From Leptonemataceae bacterium (lineage in GTDB: Bacteria; Spirochaetota; Leptospiria; Leptospirales; Leptonemataceae): 64,000 nucleotides of DNA. The notes beneath the pieces were generated by a model. The model did not search any database. It was not told the DNA's origin and saw nothing but the letters and a program-made list of their open reading frames with translations. Location: the NCBI GenBank assembly GCA_965227295.1, contig OZ245742.1:1600001-1664000 (forward strand), in the 5' to 3' direction. Below, piece by piece: positions 41,448 to 51,884 of this stretch (the stretch's first letter is position 1; each line of letters begins with the position of its first letter). The position numbers were made by a program, and so were the translations under genes.

Positions 41448-42980
41448 TTAGTTCGCAAAACGACGTCGGTAGATGCTCAGGAGAATGCCGACGGACGCCA
41501 TACACGTGACCATATGCGAACCGCCGTAGCTCATAAAGCTCAGCGGCAGGCCCGTCACCGGCAGCAGGCCCAGGGCGATCCCCGTGTTAAAAGCGATGTG
41601 ATAAAAGAACATAAACGATATGCCGGCCGCGAGCAACGATCCGAAACGATCCCTCGCGTCGAAGGCCAGTTGCAGACCGCGCAAAGGTATGGCGATGAGT
41701 ATGATCAGCAACGCCACCGCGCCGATGAATCCGGTGCGCTCGCTCCACGATGTGAAGATGAAGTCCGTGTATGCTTCCGGAACCAGCGGGCGATCGCCCA
41801 TGGTCATGTCGCCTTCGAAGAGGCCGCGCCCGGTAACCTGGCCGGAACCGATGGCCGCCTTGGACGCGCGAATCTGATATGCGAGATCCCGGGGAAATTT
41901 CTCCGGATTCACGAAGGCCGTGATGCGTACAACCTGGTGATACTTAAAAGAGATCGTCGATTGTACGGCTGCGGCGGCGAGCAGTGAGATGCCGAATACG
42001 CCCAGGGGAATGTAGACTTTGCGCAGGTTCTCCAGGGCCCGGCCCTGGGTATAACGCAAGACCACGAGGATGACGGCCACCAGAGCGCACAGTGCGCCGA
42101 CCACGGTCAGTACGGTGATGTTTTGCAAGAGCAACAGCAGCAGGCCGCCGGATTCGTAGCGCACGGCTTCCACGGCTTCCTGGATGGACTGCAACAGATT
42201 CTCGCTGTTCAGAATGCCCAGCAGATAACTGCGATCCTGATCCGCAACGGTGCTCGGGATAATGCCGCTGTCGACGAACTTCCAGATGTCCGTCTTCAGA
42301 ATGCGCACGGCCGGCACCAGTCCGTCCTTGCCGAGCTCCGAGAGATGGATCGCTAAAGGATCGACCATCGTAATCTTATGATATTCGATGTACAGCGGGA
42401 TCGAGATCGTCATCCCGAAGAAAACGAGCACCGAGCCGATGTGGTAGATGTCCGCGCCGGCGATGAAGAGCATCGACATGAGGATGGGCGCCAGCGAGAA
42501 GGCGCCGCCGAAGTCCGGCTGCACCACGATCAGGAGCATGGGCACCACGGCGATGACGAACGGGATGATCAGCGACGGCAGTCGGCTCATCTCTTTCTCT
42601 TTGAGTTCCAGGTACTTCGCAACCAGGATGATCGTAACCAGCTTGGCCAGTTCCGATGTTTGAAAGCCGATGGGGCCGAAACGAATCCAGGAGCGCGCAC
42701 CTTTGATCTCGCTGCCGATGCCGGGGATGAGCGTGATCAGCAGGAGCACGATGGACAAGGCGTACAGCGGCAGCACGTAATCGCCCAGGCTGTTGTATTG
42801 CATTCGGCGCAGCGTGAAACACAACACCAGGCCAATCAAAAAAAACGCAAGCTGGCGGATCCACCGTCCGGATTGTTCTTCGAGGATGGCTTCCTGGGCG
42901 TACAGCGTAAAGATACCCGCACCGACGGCGATCAGGACGCAGCCGAAAAGCACGAAATCTATGCGCAGGGTCTTACTCAT
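41448..42980 (-). CDS. rodA: Rod shape-determining protein RodA (SEDS)
   Basis: GARSWI, QTSELAKL, QPDFG, AIGSG, PEAYTDFIF, LPVTGLPLSFMSYGGS; downstream of mrdA. Confidence 0.95.
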   Translation of the reverse strand: MSKTLRIDFVLFGCVLIAVGAGIFTLYAQEAILEEQSGRWIRQLAFFLIGLVLCFTLRRMQYNSLGDYVLPLYALSIVLLLITLIPGIGSEIKGARSWIRFGPIGFQTSELAKLVTIILVAKYLELKEKEMSRLPSLIIPFVIAVVPMLLIVVQPDFGGAFSLAPILMSMLFIAGADIYHIGSVLVFFGMTISIPLYIEYHKITMVDPLAIHLSELGKDGLVPAVRILKTDIWKFVDSGIIPSTVADQDRSYLLGILNSENLLQSIQEAVEAVRYESGGLLLLLLQNITVLTVVGALCALVAVILVVLRYTQGRALENLRKVYIPLGVFGISLLAAAAVQSTISFKYHQVVRITAFVNPEKFPRDLAYQIRASKAAIGSGQVTGRGLFEGDMTMGDRPLVPEAYTDFIFTSWSERTGFIGAVALLIILIAIPLRGLQLAFDARDRFGSLLAAGISFMFFYHIAFNTGIALGLLPVTGLPLSFMSYGGSHMVTCMASVGILLSIYRRRFAN

Positions 42981-43051
42981 GGGATTGGGGTGCGCGCCTT
43001 ATGCGATAGTATCCAGCCGTGGCCCGGCGTACAGCGTTTTTGCGCAGCCGG

Positions 43052-45121
43052 TCAGAGACTCAGGTGACGCTGCGGTTGCGATTCGGACTCCGATTCCGAT
43101 TTCTGGGCTTCGTTGGTTTTGATGCGCAGCGGAATGTCGTCTTCCGTTTCAGGACCGGCCGCCGTGTCCGGAGTCCCTTCCAGGTTTTGTTCGAGCTCCT
43201 GCTCTTCCAGGCGCTTGAGTTCCCGCTCGCGTTCCCGGCGTTGCAGACGATCGTTGAGTTCTTTCGACTTCTGCGGCGTCCAGTCCGGGAAGGCCGCGTT
43301 CAGCATTTCCCCGGCCACCGGCGCTGCCGAGGCGCCACCGGCGACGCCGTGCTCCACGAAAACGACGACCACCACGGTTTCTTCCGGCGGTGCGCCGTAG
43401 GGGGCGAAGCCGGCAAACCAGGCGTGGTTCTTACCCTTCACACCGCTGCGTGTCTGCGCCGTACCGGTCTTGCCGGCGATGGGGACGGGATACTGCTGCA
43501 GGCGCCGTGCCGTTCCCCGGGTGACCACGGCCCGCATGCCCGCCTGGATCGTCTCCAGGCTTTCGAGGGAAATCGGTACCTCGTTCAGAATCTCCGGTTG
43601 CACCCGGCGCAGCACGCGCCGCGGCTCGGAGGGATCGCGGATCTCTTTCAGAACGTGCGGTCGATAGATCTTGCCGCGGTTTACGAACGAGCTGTAGAGG
43701 ACGGCCATTTCCAGCGGCGTGACCTCTAAGTAGCCCTGACCGATGGCCAGGTTGACCGTGTCGCCGTCGTACCACTTGCTCGAAAGATGGATCTGCTTCC
43801 AGCGTTGATCCGGGACCCGACCGGCAATCTCGCCCGGTAGATCGATGCCGGTGGTTTTGTCGAGGCCGAGCGCGCGGGAGAAGTGAATGATGGGCCGCGA
43901 ACCGATGTGATAGCCGAGATTATAGAAGTAAACGTTGCACGAGTGCGCGATAGCACCCACCATGTCCTGGTGGCCGTGGCCGGCGGTCCAGCAGGAGTAG
44001 TGGGCGTCCGGCGCCCCGGGCATGGTGGATTTCAGCGTGAAGCGGCCGTAGCACTGGTAACCGGTATTCGCGGTCACGTCCTGCTTCGGCGCGCGTTCCA
44101 GTGCGGCCAGAGCGACCAGTGGTTTGAACGTGGACGCCGGCGGGAACTTGCCCTGAATTGCCAGGTTCAGGAAGGCCTTGTGCTGCGTGACGATCTGAAA
44201 GTGCTTGCCCCGTTGTTTGGCGCTGCCGCTGGACAGAATGTTCGGATCGAACGAAGGATGCGATACCAGCGCCAGGATTTCGCCCGTACCCGCATTGATG
44301 GCCACGGCCGCACCGCGCCGACCCGCGTTCTTTAGCGCCCGATAGGCTGCCGCCTGCACGTCCCGATCCACCGTGAGCACCAGGGTGTTGCCCTGTTCGG
44401 TGCCGGCGATTTGTTCCTCGGTATCGATGATGCGGTGGCGGATGCGCACACCGTCGGTGCCGCGCAGCTCCGTATCGTAGATGGATTCCACGCCGGCCTT
44501 GCCCAGGGTCTGATAAGACAGGGCGAGTTTTTGGTCGAGTTGTGAGCGTGTGGGCAGGCCGATGTAGCCGGTGATGTGGGCCGCGGCCGGACCCATGGCA
44601 TAGTAGCGCGTGTGTTTTGGTACGAGTTCGCCGTACTCTTCCAGCAGGCGAAAGACTGCGGCGCGTTCGCGCTCACGTTCGGTCATGTTTTCGAGCAGAG
44701 TGATGCTTTCGTTTTTGCGCACGGCCTTGCGCCACGCCCCGGGCTCCAACTCTTCGGCGTAATCTGCGAAGGGGCGGCCCATCACACCGGAGAAGATGCG
44801 GACGTAGCGCACGGCGTCCTCGCGCTTGCGAAAGCGCGCCGGATAGATGACCAGATCAAAAGAGTGTTTGTTGTAGATGACGGGGGACTTGTCGCCCGGT
44901 TGGAACTTGCGATCGAAGACAAGGCCGCGGGGCGCAACCGTGAACTCCTGGCGCGACACGAACTTCTTGGCCAGGATGCGGTTCTCATAGCCTTTCACTA
45001 ACTGAAGATTTCCCAGTTGAAAGACGAAGATCATCGCCGCCAGGAAGATGAGGCCGGTAAAGATATACAGGCGTTGCTGGAACTTGCGCTCCAGCCGGTA
45101 TTCGTGCAGGGATCTACTCAC
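43052..45121 (-). CDS. mrdA: Penicillin-binding protein 2
   Basis: APRG, PASTFK, SCNVYFY, TGIDLPGE, AIGQG, AGKTGTAQ; in the mre operon. Confidence 0.96.
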   Translation of the reverse strand: MSRSLHEYRLERKFQQRLYIFTGLIFLAAMIFVFQLGNLQLVKGYENRILAKKFVSRQEFTVAPRGLVFDRKFQPGDKSPVIYNKHSFDLVIYPARFRKREDAVRYVRIFSGVMGRPFADYAEELEPGAWRKAVRKNESITLLENMTERERERAAVFRLLEEYGELVPKHTRYYAMGPAAAHITGYIGLPTRSQLDQKLALSYQTLGKAGVESIYDTELRGTDGVRIRHRIIDTEEQIAGTEQGNTLVLTVDRDVQAAAYRALKNAGRRGAAVAINAGTGEILALVSHPSFDPNILSSGSAKQRGKHFQIVTQHKAFLNLAIQGKFPPASTFKPLVALAALERAPKQDVTANTGYQCYGRFTLKSTMPGAPDAHYSCWTAGHGHQDMVGAIAHSCNVYFYNLGYHIGSRPIIHFSRALGLDKTTGIDLPGEIAGRVPDQRWKQIHLSSKWYDGDTVNLAIGQGYLEVTPLEMAVLYSSFVNRGKIYRPHVLKEIRDPSEPRRVLRRVQPEILNEVPISLESLETIQAGMRAVVTRGTARRLQQYPVPIAGKTGTAQTRSGVKGKNHAWFAGFAPYGAPPEETVVVVVFVEHGVAGGASAAPVAGEMLNAAFPDWTPQKSKELNDRLQRRERERELKRLEEQELEQNLEGTPDTAAGPETEDDIPLRIKTNEAQKSESESESQPQRHLSL

Positions 45122-45123
45122 AA

Positions 45124-45648
45124 TTACAGGTCCGCCGGTTTAATGCGGTACAGCCAGCCGAGGAACGTAAACCAGATCGGGGCGATCAGTCCGGTGTACA
45201 CGGCCGGCCCTACCAGAGAATAGTTCCTGTTAAAATCTTCGACCAGTCCCTGGATCGTCCACGCGAAAAATCGCACCAGCAGGGCGGCGGCGAATACCAG
45301 GGCGATGATCGGCGCGGCCTGGTAGCGGTCGAAAACGTGGCTCATCTTACCTAAAATGAAACCGGCCAGGGAGTAGACCAGAGCGTGAATGCCGACGATA
45401 GGCAGGAAGTCTCCCGGACCGCTCCCCATGATCCAGTTGGCGCCGTCTTCCATGAGTCCGGAGAAAAATCCGACCCACAGGCCCACGAACTCCCCGCGGA
45501 ACAGGGAGAAAAAGATTACGAATATTAGAAGAAAGTCGGGGCCGATGGTGCCCGTATTCATGAACTCAAATGTGAGACTCAGGAATTGAATATCTTTCAG
45601 AAAGTACGAGATGACCATCCCGACGCCGATCAACAAGCCCTCAATCAT
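45124..45648 (-). CDS. mreD: Rod shape-determining protein MreD
   Basis: Hydrophobic; PDFLLI...GFFSGLMED; between mreC and mrdA. Confidence 0.9.
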   Translation of the reverse strand: MIEGLLIGVGMVISYFLKDIQFLSLTFEFMNTGTIGPDFLLIFVIFFSLFRGEFVGLWVGFFSGLMEDGANWIMGSGPGDFLPIVGIHALVYSLAGFILGKMSHVFDRYQAAPIIALVFAAALLVRFFAWTIQGLVEDFNRNYSLVGPAVYTGLIAPIWFTFLGWLYRIKPADL

Positions 45649-45654
45649 TCCGTT

Positions 45655-46878
45655 TTACTGTGCTCCCGGGAGATTGAGATTCTCGATGCGTCGCGGCCGG
45701 CGGTCTTCGTTGTCCTCGGCCGGCGCCGTCTCGGGCTGTTTGCTGCTGTCCGTTGCCGGCGCCGTCCCGGCAGGAGTCGAATCCTCCGCGCTGTTATCTT
45801 CCTGCACGGCTTTTTCCGCCGGCTCTTCCTGTTTCTGCTGGCGACTGCGTGTCACCTCGGGATACTCGGGGGCGCCGAATTCCGTTTCGAGATGATCTTC
45901 CCAGCGCGCTTCGCGGTCCCAGGCTTCGGACCATTCGGATGGTTTCTTCAATACTACGGATACGATATCCAGGCTGCTGATGGGAGCGAGCGGGGCGACG
46001 AAGACCGTCTTGAACTCGCCTTCCCGTGGTCCCTCGTCGGTGATCGTGCCCACGGGAATGCCCGGTGGAAAGATGCCTCCGGCCCCGCTGGAGTAAACGA
46101 TCTGGCCCTGACGAAGGATGCCCGCACGTTTCTCTTTCTCTTCTTCTTTCTGGAGGCCCGCTCCGGAATCCGGGGCGTTGACCTGGCGTCGGTCTTCACT
46201 CGCCCTGGTCGCCTCGCCGCCGGCGAAGTCGGACGTGAGGTAGGTCAATTGCACCTGGGTTACACGGCCGGAGTTCCCGCTGAGTATCGACCACTCCTCG
46301 TTGTCCGCAATGCGCACGCCCATTTTGAAACCGGGATGCGTGAGCGGCTGGATGACGGCCGTGTTCGAATCCACGGCGGCGACCACGCCCACCACGCAAC
46401 GTACGAGATTGTTATCCGGATCGTGGGCACGGGTGAGCACGGGCATGAGCGGCTCAATGCCGTCGGCGCTGCCCTTGTCGATGATGATACGCGGGCTGAT
46501 GGAGTTTAGACGAATGCCCAAGACCTCGGCGCGCACTTCTTTGTAACCGGGCAGCGGGTCGAAACGCAGGGCGGTGCGTAACTTATCGTTTTCTTCTCTT
46601 AAGAAGTCGAACTTATCTTTTTCCAGGCGGTACTCTTCGAGGGCGGCCTGGGCGTTGTCGTAGCGCTGCTCCAGCTCGCGGTACTTGTCCAGTTCCACCC
46701 AGAGCGTTCCCGTAAAGCGCAGGCCGGAGTTTAAAGTTCCGCTGATGCGATCCGCGAGCTTGCCGAAGTAGCCGACACCCTGGGCGAACGGGTTGCTCTG
46801 CCACAGAATGCACATCATGGAGAACGCCACGCAGAACGTGAGGCTTGCGGCGTTGCGGTTTTGAACGAGAACGTGCAC
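45655..46878 (-). CDS. mreC: Rod shape-determining protein MreC
   Basis: Coiled coil EENDKLR, IDKGSADGI, SSGAGGIFPPGIPVG. Confidence 0.93.
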   Translation of the reverse strand: MHVLVQNRNAASLTFCVAFSMMCILWQSNPFAQGVGYFGKLADRISGTLNSGLRFTGTLWVELDKYRELEQRYDNAQAALEEYRLEKDKFDFLREENDKLRTALRFDPLPGYKEVRAEVLGIRLNSISPRIIIDKGSADGIEPLMPVLTRAHDPDNNLVRCVVGVVAAVDSNTAVIQPLTHPGFKMGVRIADNEEWSILSGNSGRVTQVQLTYLTSDFAGGEATRASEDRRQVNAPDSGAGLQKEEEKEKRAGILRQGQIVYSSGAGGIFPPGIPVGTITDEGPREGEFKTVFVAPLAPISSLDIVSVVLKKPSEWSEAWDREARWEDHLETEFGAPEYPEVTRSRQQKQEEPAEKAVQEDNSAEDSTPAGTAPATDSSKQPETAPAEDNEDRRPRRIENLNLPGAQ

Positions 46879-46945
46879 GAGATACTTTCCGAATGCTGGA
46901 GTGAGCGCGGCGGCGCAGGCCGCGCATTACCGGCGGCCCGCGTAC

Positions 46946-47968
46946 TTACTTCATGCCCGAGCGGATGAACTTCAGCTCATCCAGGTACTTGCCGGTGCCC
47001 ATTACGACGCAGGTCAACGGATTCTCGGCGCGGAAGACCGGAACGCCGGTCTCTTTGCTCAGGAATTTGTCGAGGCCTTTGAGCAGACATCCGCCGCCGG
47101 TCATGACGATGCCGCGCTCGACGATGTCCGCCGCAAGTTCCGGCGGCGTACGTTCGAGGCTGCTCTTGACGGCCTCGAGAATGGCGTCGATGGGTTCTTT
47201 GAGTGCCTTGCGGATTTCGTTGGAGTCGATTTCCAGAGTGCGCGGCAGACCACTGATGGCGTCCCGGCCGCGGAGTTCCATGACCTCGGTCTTCTTCTCC
47301 GGGTAGGCGTTGCCGATGGTAAGTTTGACGTCTTCGGCCATGCGTTCGCCGACGACCAGGTTGTACTGCGTGCGCAGATAGCGGATGATGGACTCATCGA
47401 ATTCGTCCCCGCCGATGCGGATGGAGTCGGCGATGACCATGCCGCCGAGAGAGATGACTGCAATTTCCGTGGTGCCACCGCCGATGTCCACGATCATGGT
47501 GCCGGCCGGTTCGTGGATGGGTACGTTGGCGCCGATGGCCGCGGCCAGGGCTTCTTCAATGAGATAGATTTCCCTGGCGCCGGCTTGCTCGGCTGATTCG
47601 CGGACCGCGCGTTTCTCAACTTCGGTGATGCCCGAGGGAACGCCGATGACCATGCGCGGTTTCACCAGGGTGGTACGCTTGTGCACTTTCTGGATGAAGT
47701 AGCGGATCATTTTTTCGACGGTTTCGAAGTCCGCGATAACTCCGTCTTTCATGGGACGGATGGCGACGATGTCGCCCGGGGTGCGGCCGAGCATGCGCTT
47801 CGCTTCGTGACCGACAGCGAGGACCTTGCCGGTGCTTGATTGCACCGCGACCACCGAGGGCTCCGACAGGACGATGCCCATCCCCTTTACGTGAACCAGA
47901 GTGTTGGCGGTACCAAGGTCGATACCCATGTCGTTGGAAAAGAGACCGTAGATCTGATCGAGAAACAT
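46946..47968 (-). CDS. mreB: Actin-like rod shape protein MreB
   Basis: [37 protein letters not shown]. Confidence 0.98.
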   Translation of the reverse strand: MFLDQIYGLFSNDMGIDLGTANTLVHVKGMGIVLSEPSVVAVQSSTGKVLAVGHEAKRMLGRTPGDIVAIRPMKDGVIADFETVEKMIRYFIQKVHKRTTLVKPRMVIGVPSGITEVEKRAVRESAEQAGAREIYLIEEALAAAIGANVPIHEPAGTMIVDIGGGTTEIAVISLGGMVIADSIRIGGDEFDESIIRYLRTQYNLVVGERMAEDVKLTIGNAYPEKKTEVMELRGRDAISGLPRTLEIDSNEIRKALKEPIDAILEAVKSSLERTPPELAADIVERGIVMTGGGCLLKGLDKFLSKETGVPVFRAENPLTCVVMGTGKYLDELKFIRSGMK

Positions 47969-48128
47969 ATGGATGAGTTACCGTGCGGATATGTGTGGAG
48001 CGGCGGGGCTGTCTCCCGGATTCATTATCGGCCGGTATACCGTTACCAGAGCGGTTATGCTTCAGCTTCTGTCAAGAAAACCTGGAAAGTCCGGGGGAAT
48101 TTTGCGTTTTTTCGGCCTCCGCGCACGT

Positions 48129-49232
48129 CTATTCCGCGCTCACCGCTTCGAGCCGCTCTTTGATGAAGTCGTCGCCGCCGCTCATGCGCAGGGCTTCCTC
48201 GAAGAAGTAGCGGGCCGCCCCCGGGCTGCGTTGCACGAGGAAGATTTCTCCTTCCATGCGGACCGCTTCGACTTTCAAAATATCCGGTGCCTCCGGATGA
48301 AACTTTACCTGCCGGGCCAGTCGTAGCGCGCGCAGATAGTCCCGCGCATAATAGTTGCCGTGGCACAGGATGAGGTTCCGCACGTGTTCACCCAGTACGA
48401 GTCGTGCGGCTTTGTCCGCCGGTGACGGCGCTTCGCCAGGCTTCTCGCCGTCACCGGCAGGAGCCTGAGGCTGCGTCGGGGCCGCCGCCGCATCCACGCG
48501 TTCCATGGCAGACAGCATGGCCGCGCGGCGACCGCTGATGGCGAACAGCGCCAGGGCCGCCCAGTCATGAAAGCGCGCCATGCCGGGCTGCAACTCCGCG
48601 TCGGAAACGGATTCCAGGAAATCGAGGAGGTGCGGGTCCGTGCGGCCGGTAAAGAACAGGTCGCCGTAGGAGATCATGAGCCGGGAGGAGTGAAGCATCT
48701 GCGCGTTGAGATCGGGGTCCAGGGCCAGGGCCTTGCGCAATCGCCGGGAGATGCGATGGCCGAGGCGCGGGATCGAAACCTCGGGAATGGACTCGCCCGG
48801 AAATGTGCGCTGGAGCGGAAGATAGCCGCGACCGGTAAGTTGGAGGAGGGTGAGCCCGTTCAGCGGGACGCGCAGTCGCAACTCATAGAACGCCAGCAGG
48901 CCGTGATAATAGTGCACCTCGGCGAGGTCGGGGCTGTTGCGCTCGAGAATTTCGGCGATCCGGCGCGTGTCGTCGAGGTCGGCGAGGATGTCGGCGACGC
49001 CGCCGGCCGATCCGCCATCGCCTTTGAAATCCAGGCGATCCAGCTGGGCTTCGATTTCGGCGGCCCGCCGTTCAATGCGGAGCAGGGCGTCACCGGTGAG
49101 CCGGTAGTAGAGTCGGGGGCCGTAGGCATAGGCTGCGTAGGCCCCGCCGCCGAGAATCGTGACAAAGATCAACCAGCGCCAGAACCGGCCGCCTTTTTTC
49201 TTTTTTCCAGGTTCAAAAGGCTGCGTGTACAT
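48129..49232 (-). CDS. Membrane-anchored TPR-like hypothetical protein
   Basis: N-terminal basic + TM segment; helical repeats (AEVHYYHG, EGEIFL...ARYFFEEAL). Confidence 0.78.
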   Translation of the reverse strand: MYTQPFEPGKKKKGGRFWRWLIFVTILGGGAYAAYAYGPRLYYRLTGDALLRIERRAAEIEAQLDRLDFKGDGGSAGGVADILADLDDTRRIAEILERNSPDLAEVHYYHGLLAFYELRLRVPLNGLTLLQLTGRGYLPLQRTFPGESIPEVSIPRLGHRISRRLRKALALDPDLNAQMLHSSRLMISYGDLFFTGRTDPHLLDFLESVSDAELQPGMARFHDWAALALFAISGRRAAMLSAMERVDAAAAPTQPQAPAGDGEKPGEAPSPADKAARLVLGEHVRNLILCHGNYYARDYLRALRLARQVKFHPEAPDILKVEAVRMEGEIFLVQRSPGAARYFFEEALRMSGGDDFIKERLEAVSAE

Positions 49233-49254
49233 CTCGAATGCTGAGTGTCACGGA

Positions 49255-50073
49255 CTACACGGCGCGGATTCTTGCATTCTTTTTAATGTGAGCTTTGATT
49301 TCGTCCACCCGGGGCGTGAGAAATACCGGGATGGCGCGATCAGCAGGAATCGGCACCAGGGCGAGGCCACCCGGTTGGAAGACGATCTGGTCCAGGTCTC
49401 CGGCGGAGTAGCTATAACTGGCGTTTCCGCTGTGGATCTGGAAGCGGCCGGATTCCAGGATCATGGTGCCTTTGCCGATGCGGCGAAGTTCCGAGAACAG
49501 GCGGGCCGGCAGATCGCCGCCGCGGCCGAGCTGGTCGGGAATCTTGCGGCCGTGATCCAGGTAGAGCGTTCCCGGGACGATGAGTTGTTCCGGTTCCGGT
49601 TCGTGGTGTTCGGTTTTCTCGAAAATACGCAGGCGGTCGTTGAGGCTTTCCGTGTCGATGCGCTGGAACGTGGTCAGCCGACGGCGGAGTTCTTCGAGGT
49701 TCGCGTGCTCTTCCCGGCGGCGGCGTTTCGTTGCCGGCTCCGGTTGCTCGTCCGGAACATCGTTCCGCTCAAAATCTTCGTCAAGGTTCGGCGATTCCGG
49801 GGCCGGCAGCGGTCCGGTCGCGGCAGCGCGGCGTCCCGGTCGCCGATAGGCAGCGCCGGAACCGGCGTACGGATCGCCCGCGTAGGGATCCGAGATGTCA
49901 AAGCTACCGCCGTTCGAGTCGGCGACATCCGGCACGGTAGTCGTGCGGCCCGGGGGTGCCGGGGCCGGGCCCGGCGCGGAAACGGCCGGCGGGGCCAGGC
50001 GAAAGTAACTGAACGCGACATAGGCCATGCAGGCCAGGCCGATGGCAATAAAGGTGAGTGCGAGATAGGTCAT
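49255..50073 (-). CDS. Membrane-anchored hypothetical protein
   Basis: N-terminal TM, Pro-rich linker, globular C-terminal domain. Confidence 0.78.
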   Translation of the reverse strand: MTYLALTFIAIGLACMAYVAFSYFRLAPPAVSAPGPAPAPPGRTTTVPDVADSNGGSFDISDPYAGDPYAGSGAAYRRPGRRAAATGPLPAPESPNLDEDFERNDVPDEQPEPATKRRRREEHANLEELRRRLTTFQRIDTESLNDRLRIFEKTEHHEPEPEQLIVPGTLYLDHGRKIPDQLGRGGDLPARLFSELRRIGKGTMILESGRFQIHSGNASYSYSAGDLDQIVFQPGGLALVPIPADRAIPVFLTPRVDEIKAHIKKNARIRAV

Positions 50074-50157
50074 CCCATTCTGATTATCACCGTTTCGCCC
50101 GTCGTGCTAAAGTAATTTTCCGGTAGTCGAAGGCGACGCCGTCGTCAGGATTGCACC

Positions 50158-51396
50158 GTGAACAGCATTCTTGATTCGATTAAATCCGCCGGCGCCTGGA
50201 TCATCATCGTCCTTCTGGCCGGCATGATGGCCATTACCTTTACCGGCGAAACCGATCTGAACATTGAGCAGGCGCTCTCCGGTCGCAACAGTGTCGGCGA
50301 ATTCGACGGCGAGACGATCGACGCGCAGGACTTCCTGGTCTTTCAGAATAACTGCGAGCAGCAGGCGCGGCGTTACCGGGAGCAGTTTCGGGATCTGCTC
50401 GGGCCCGGCCAGTCCATCGATTCCTTTTTTCGCGTGGACGACTGCGTGCAGCGCAGCCTGCAGCAGGCCTACGTTGTGCCGTCCATCGGACGGCGCCTGG
50501 GCCTCGGTGTGTCGGCGGAGTCCGTTCGGGAGGCCGCCGAAAGTGAGGCCCGGCAGATGTACCAGACCCAGGACGCCGTTCTGGAAGAAGATCGCCTGAG
50601 CCTCAACGACATGTACAAACGTGTGCTTCAGGGATTCCCACTGGAATTGCGTCGCCGCCAGCGCCTTACGGATCTTACCGGCAATGTGATTTCGGCGCCC
50701 ATGCCGGTGCCGGATGCGGCCGTCGCCGCGCGCACCGCCGCCGATCGTACGAGCATGAGCCTGCGCCTGGTGCGATACAATACGCCCCAGTTGGTGGCGC
50801 GGTTTAAGAAGACCGTAAGCATCAGCGAAGAACGGTTACGAGAGGTGTACGAGGAAGAGCAGGCCGAACTGGAAGAAGACAAGCGCCGCCCGTTTGAAGA
50901 CGAACGCATCTTCGTTATGGATCGCGTGAAGACCGAGGCCGCCCGGGAAGCGGTGAAGGCCGCGAAAGAGGAACTGAAGCAACTCGGTCGCAAGGCCACG
51001 CTGGAAGACGTCTCCCGCATTCTTCAGACCCCCATCGAAAACGCGGGCCGGGTCACGTTGAAAGAACTTCAGGGCGTGCGGGCCGGGAATACTTCCGTGT
51101 CTCTACTCAAGCCGGAATTTCTGATGGAGCTGGCCGAAAAGCGTACCGGCTTCACCGGCGGGCCGTACGAAGACGGTGAATACACGATTCATGTGGAAGT
51201 GCAGAATCTGAGCACGGGCACGGCGCCGGAAGCGGCCCTGGCCGAAGTGAAGACCAACGTGGCCCAGGGCCTGGCCCGGGAATTCTTCAGTTATCTTTTG
51301 AAAGAAGAAACCCTGCGCGGTCAGTTCTCGTTGCAGCAGGGACTTTTCGGTCCGCCGCCGGGTACGCAAATCCCGCCGGGAGCGCCCGGGCAGTGA
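50158..51396 (+). CDS. SurA N-terminal / PpiD-like periplasmic chaperone
   Basis: N-terminal TM, VGEFDGETI, LGLGVS, ISEERLREVYEE, PFED motifs; no clear rotamase motif. Confidence 0.7.
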   Translation: MNSILDSIKSAGAWIIIVLLAGMMAITFTGETDLNIEQALSGRNSVGEFDGETIDAQDFLVFQNNCEQQARRYREQFRDLLGPGQSIDSFFRVDDCVQRSLQQAYVVPSIGRRLGLGVSAESVREAAESEARQMYQTQDAVLEEDRLSLNDMYKRVLQGFPLELRRRQRLTDLTGNVISAPMPVPDAAVAARTAADRTSMSLRLVRYNTPQLVARFKKTVSISEERLREVYEEEQAELEEDKRRPFEDERIFVMDRVKTEAAREAVKAAKEELKQLGRKATLEDVSRILQTPIENAGRVTLKELQGVRAGNTSVSLLKPEFLMELAEKRTGFTGGPYEDGEYTIHVEVQNLSTGTAPEAALAEVKTNVAQGLAREFFSYLLKEETLRGQFSLQQGLFGPPPGTQIPPGAPGQ

Positions 51397-51860
51397 AGGC
51401 CGAGTATATCAATCCCTTCCTGGTTTCCACGACGAACGTCTTCCGGGATTTACTGCAAACGAACCTGGTGCGGGGGCGCACGCTCATCAAGAAGACGCCG
51501 GCTCCGTCGCACGAGATTGCGATTTTCATCGGCGTGAAGGGAAAGAATCCCGGCCAGGTGATCTACTCCATGAACCTGGAAACGATCCTGAAGATTGCCG
51601 GGCGCCTCATGCCCGGTCTGCCCGTGGAGGAACTGAAGAAGGAGTACCGCGACATTATCGGCGAAGTGGCGAACATGATCACCGGCAACGCCATGCAACT
51701 CCTCATTGCCGGAGACGCCGGGCTGGACCTTACCGTGCCGATGGTGGTGGACGTGCGCCAGAAACCGCCGGACATTCCGGTGATGCCGACGATCGGTTTG
51801 AACTTTTATTCCCACTTCGGTTTGATCGAAGCGAACATCGCGTTTAAGGCGATGCAATGA
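51393..51860 (+). CDS. cheX: Chemotaxis phosphatase CheX
   Basis: KAEYINPF, IGEVANMITGNA (ExxN), LTVP. Confidence 0.9.
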   Translation: MKAEYINPFLVSTTNVFRDLLQTNLVRGRTLIKKTPAPSHEIAIFIGVKGKNPGQVIYSMNLETILKIAGRLMPGLPVEELKKEYRDIIGEVANMITGNAMQLLIAGDAGLDLTVPMVVDVRQKPPDIPVMPTIGLNFYSHFGLIEANIAFKAMQ

Positions 51861-51884
51861 TCACCGTAGCGGAGGCTGTCTGAC

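Noticed and set aside
48020..48080. GCCGATAA and TTGACA upstream of mreB as promoter
   Set aside because: Neither has a properly spaced partner element
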